DNA of 63,752 nt, filler included, from Polymyxa betae A26-41 (taxonomy: Eukaryota > Protista > Endomyxa: Phytomyxea), in NCBI GenBank assembly GCA_003693705.1. It is 6 parts of 6 records of this genome, joined end to end, with 100 filler letters (N's around TTAATTAATTAA, not from the genome) between each part and the next. Parts side by side here need not be neighbours in the genome. Positions count along the whole stretch, not along the records: positions 62,020 to 63,752 come from RBZT01000930.1; 5 more parts are not named here. One strand, written 5' to 3'. Under the pieces are notes generated by a model. The model saw only the letters and a list, made by a program, of their open reading frames with translations. It was not told the origin of the DNA and did no database searches. Shown piece after piece: positions 62,541-63,752 of this stretch (the stretch's first letter is position 1; each line of letters opens with the position of its first letter). Both the position numbers and the translations under genes were made by a program.

Positions 62541-63491
62541 TATAATGTTATCTGCCCGTCATTCTACGGTTTGTAGTGCTCAGAAATAATTTCAAGAGTA
62601 CAACTGTAATTGTTTTATAATTATATACGTACCAAGATTTAAAACTTTTCTAGGGAAAATGCTCTTCTAAAGTATGCTTCTGAATGGAAACCTATTCATG
62701 TATCAAATCCCGGTGCAATGCTTGCTTTAAAATTGAATCAACCTGATCGTCCGAGCCTCGCAATTCATGCTGGTGCATTTTTGCGACGTTTGTTTTTAAC
62801 AGATTGCTGACATCTAGGGATTCTCGAAATATCGTCAAGATTTCAGCTGCAATTATCAAACTGCAAGACGAAGAAAACGTTGATCAAAAAATTGATGCTG
62901 TTTTGTTACGATTACAGCAGGGGCATGAACTTCTGCGCTTGGTGTCACGGAAGATGGCGTCCCAGACGGAAAACATTTCGGAAGATACGTGTCCTATGGA
63001 TTGTCCTAACAATGAACAGGTCCTTGATGAATCTCCTGCTGACCGAGATGATCAGCCATCAGCCCCGAAAAGACGAGTTGATGGTGATTTCGATGTAGAG
63101 CGTGATCTTAGTAAGTTCAAAGATTCGCGATCAAAACTGGCATAGATACGTCAGTTATCTGAACTCTCTGTTGGACGTAGAGTTTGTGAGTATTCACGAT
63201 CATTTCGTTGATTCCATTAATCCGTGGTTTCTCAAATTATGAAATGTTTTTCGGAGCACTGTAACAGTGACGAGAGCGAGTTTATACGTCGCTGGGGTAA
63301 CAATTTCTCTCATGCTGACTGGAAAAAGCGGAAATGTCCCGTGTCGAATCCACAAGGTGACGAATGCGGTTTCAAAGATAGTCAATAAAATACATCGATC
63401 TTGAGATTAATAAAAGGCATGTGGTCAAAATATGGGTACGCAGTTTATTTGACCTACCCTGCCTACCTCTGACCATACATGTATATTATGG

Positions 63492-63746
63492 TAGAGCGGA
63501 TTCTTCAGATCGCGATTTCAGGTTATTACAAAATCTGGCAGCACTTCGGTCAGATCGTAATGATTTGTGTTTTAGTTCCAGCTCGAGTCCCAGCTTCATT
63601 CAGCTCAGTCCGTACGGACACCGTACGGACTGAGCTGAATGAAGCTGGGACTCGAGCTGGAAATAAAACAGAATTGATTACGATCTGACCGAAGTGCTGC
63701 CCGATTTTGTAGTAACCTGAAATCGCGATCTGAAGAATCCGCTCTA
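63492..63746. repeat. Near-perfect 255-bp palindrome (foldback/MITE-like)
   Basis: 126-bp arms 63492-63617 and 63621-63746, 3-nt spacer ACA, about 6 mismatches; terminal TA. Confidence 0.92.
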
Positions 63747-63752
63747 AAGAAT

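Overview
Eukaryotic DNA with short GT-AG introns and moderate GC. It looks like a protist or fungus-like microbe, possibly a plasmodiophorid, but that is inference only. The window is six contigs joined by five artificial 100-bp N/TTAATTAATTAA linkers. Recognisable host genes are a TM+NHL-repeat protein, a PQ-loop transporter with an in-frame TAA, an intact membrane-anchored GH37 trehalase, a RING protein, a small secreted Cys protein, three paralogues of a PH-like gene, a reduced U2AF65-like splicing factor and a type II membrane DxD protein. The rest is transposon-rich: Plavaka-like, chromoviral Gypsy, a near full-length Copia, a solo LTR, two PIF/Harbinger remnants, a MULE with an empty paralogous site, hAT/Tc1/Tourist MITEs, a CACTA remnant, a foldback palindrome and a Crypton-like tyrosine recombinase. 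The most interesting signal is in the U2AF65-like gene. It lacks RRM2 and the ULM, its RNP1 motif is split by a 9-nt microexon, and two of its introns hold paralogous box C/D snoRNA candidates whose only conserved guide is a 12-nt antisense match to the U6 snRNA internal stem-loop.
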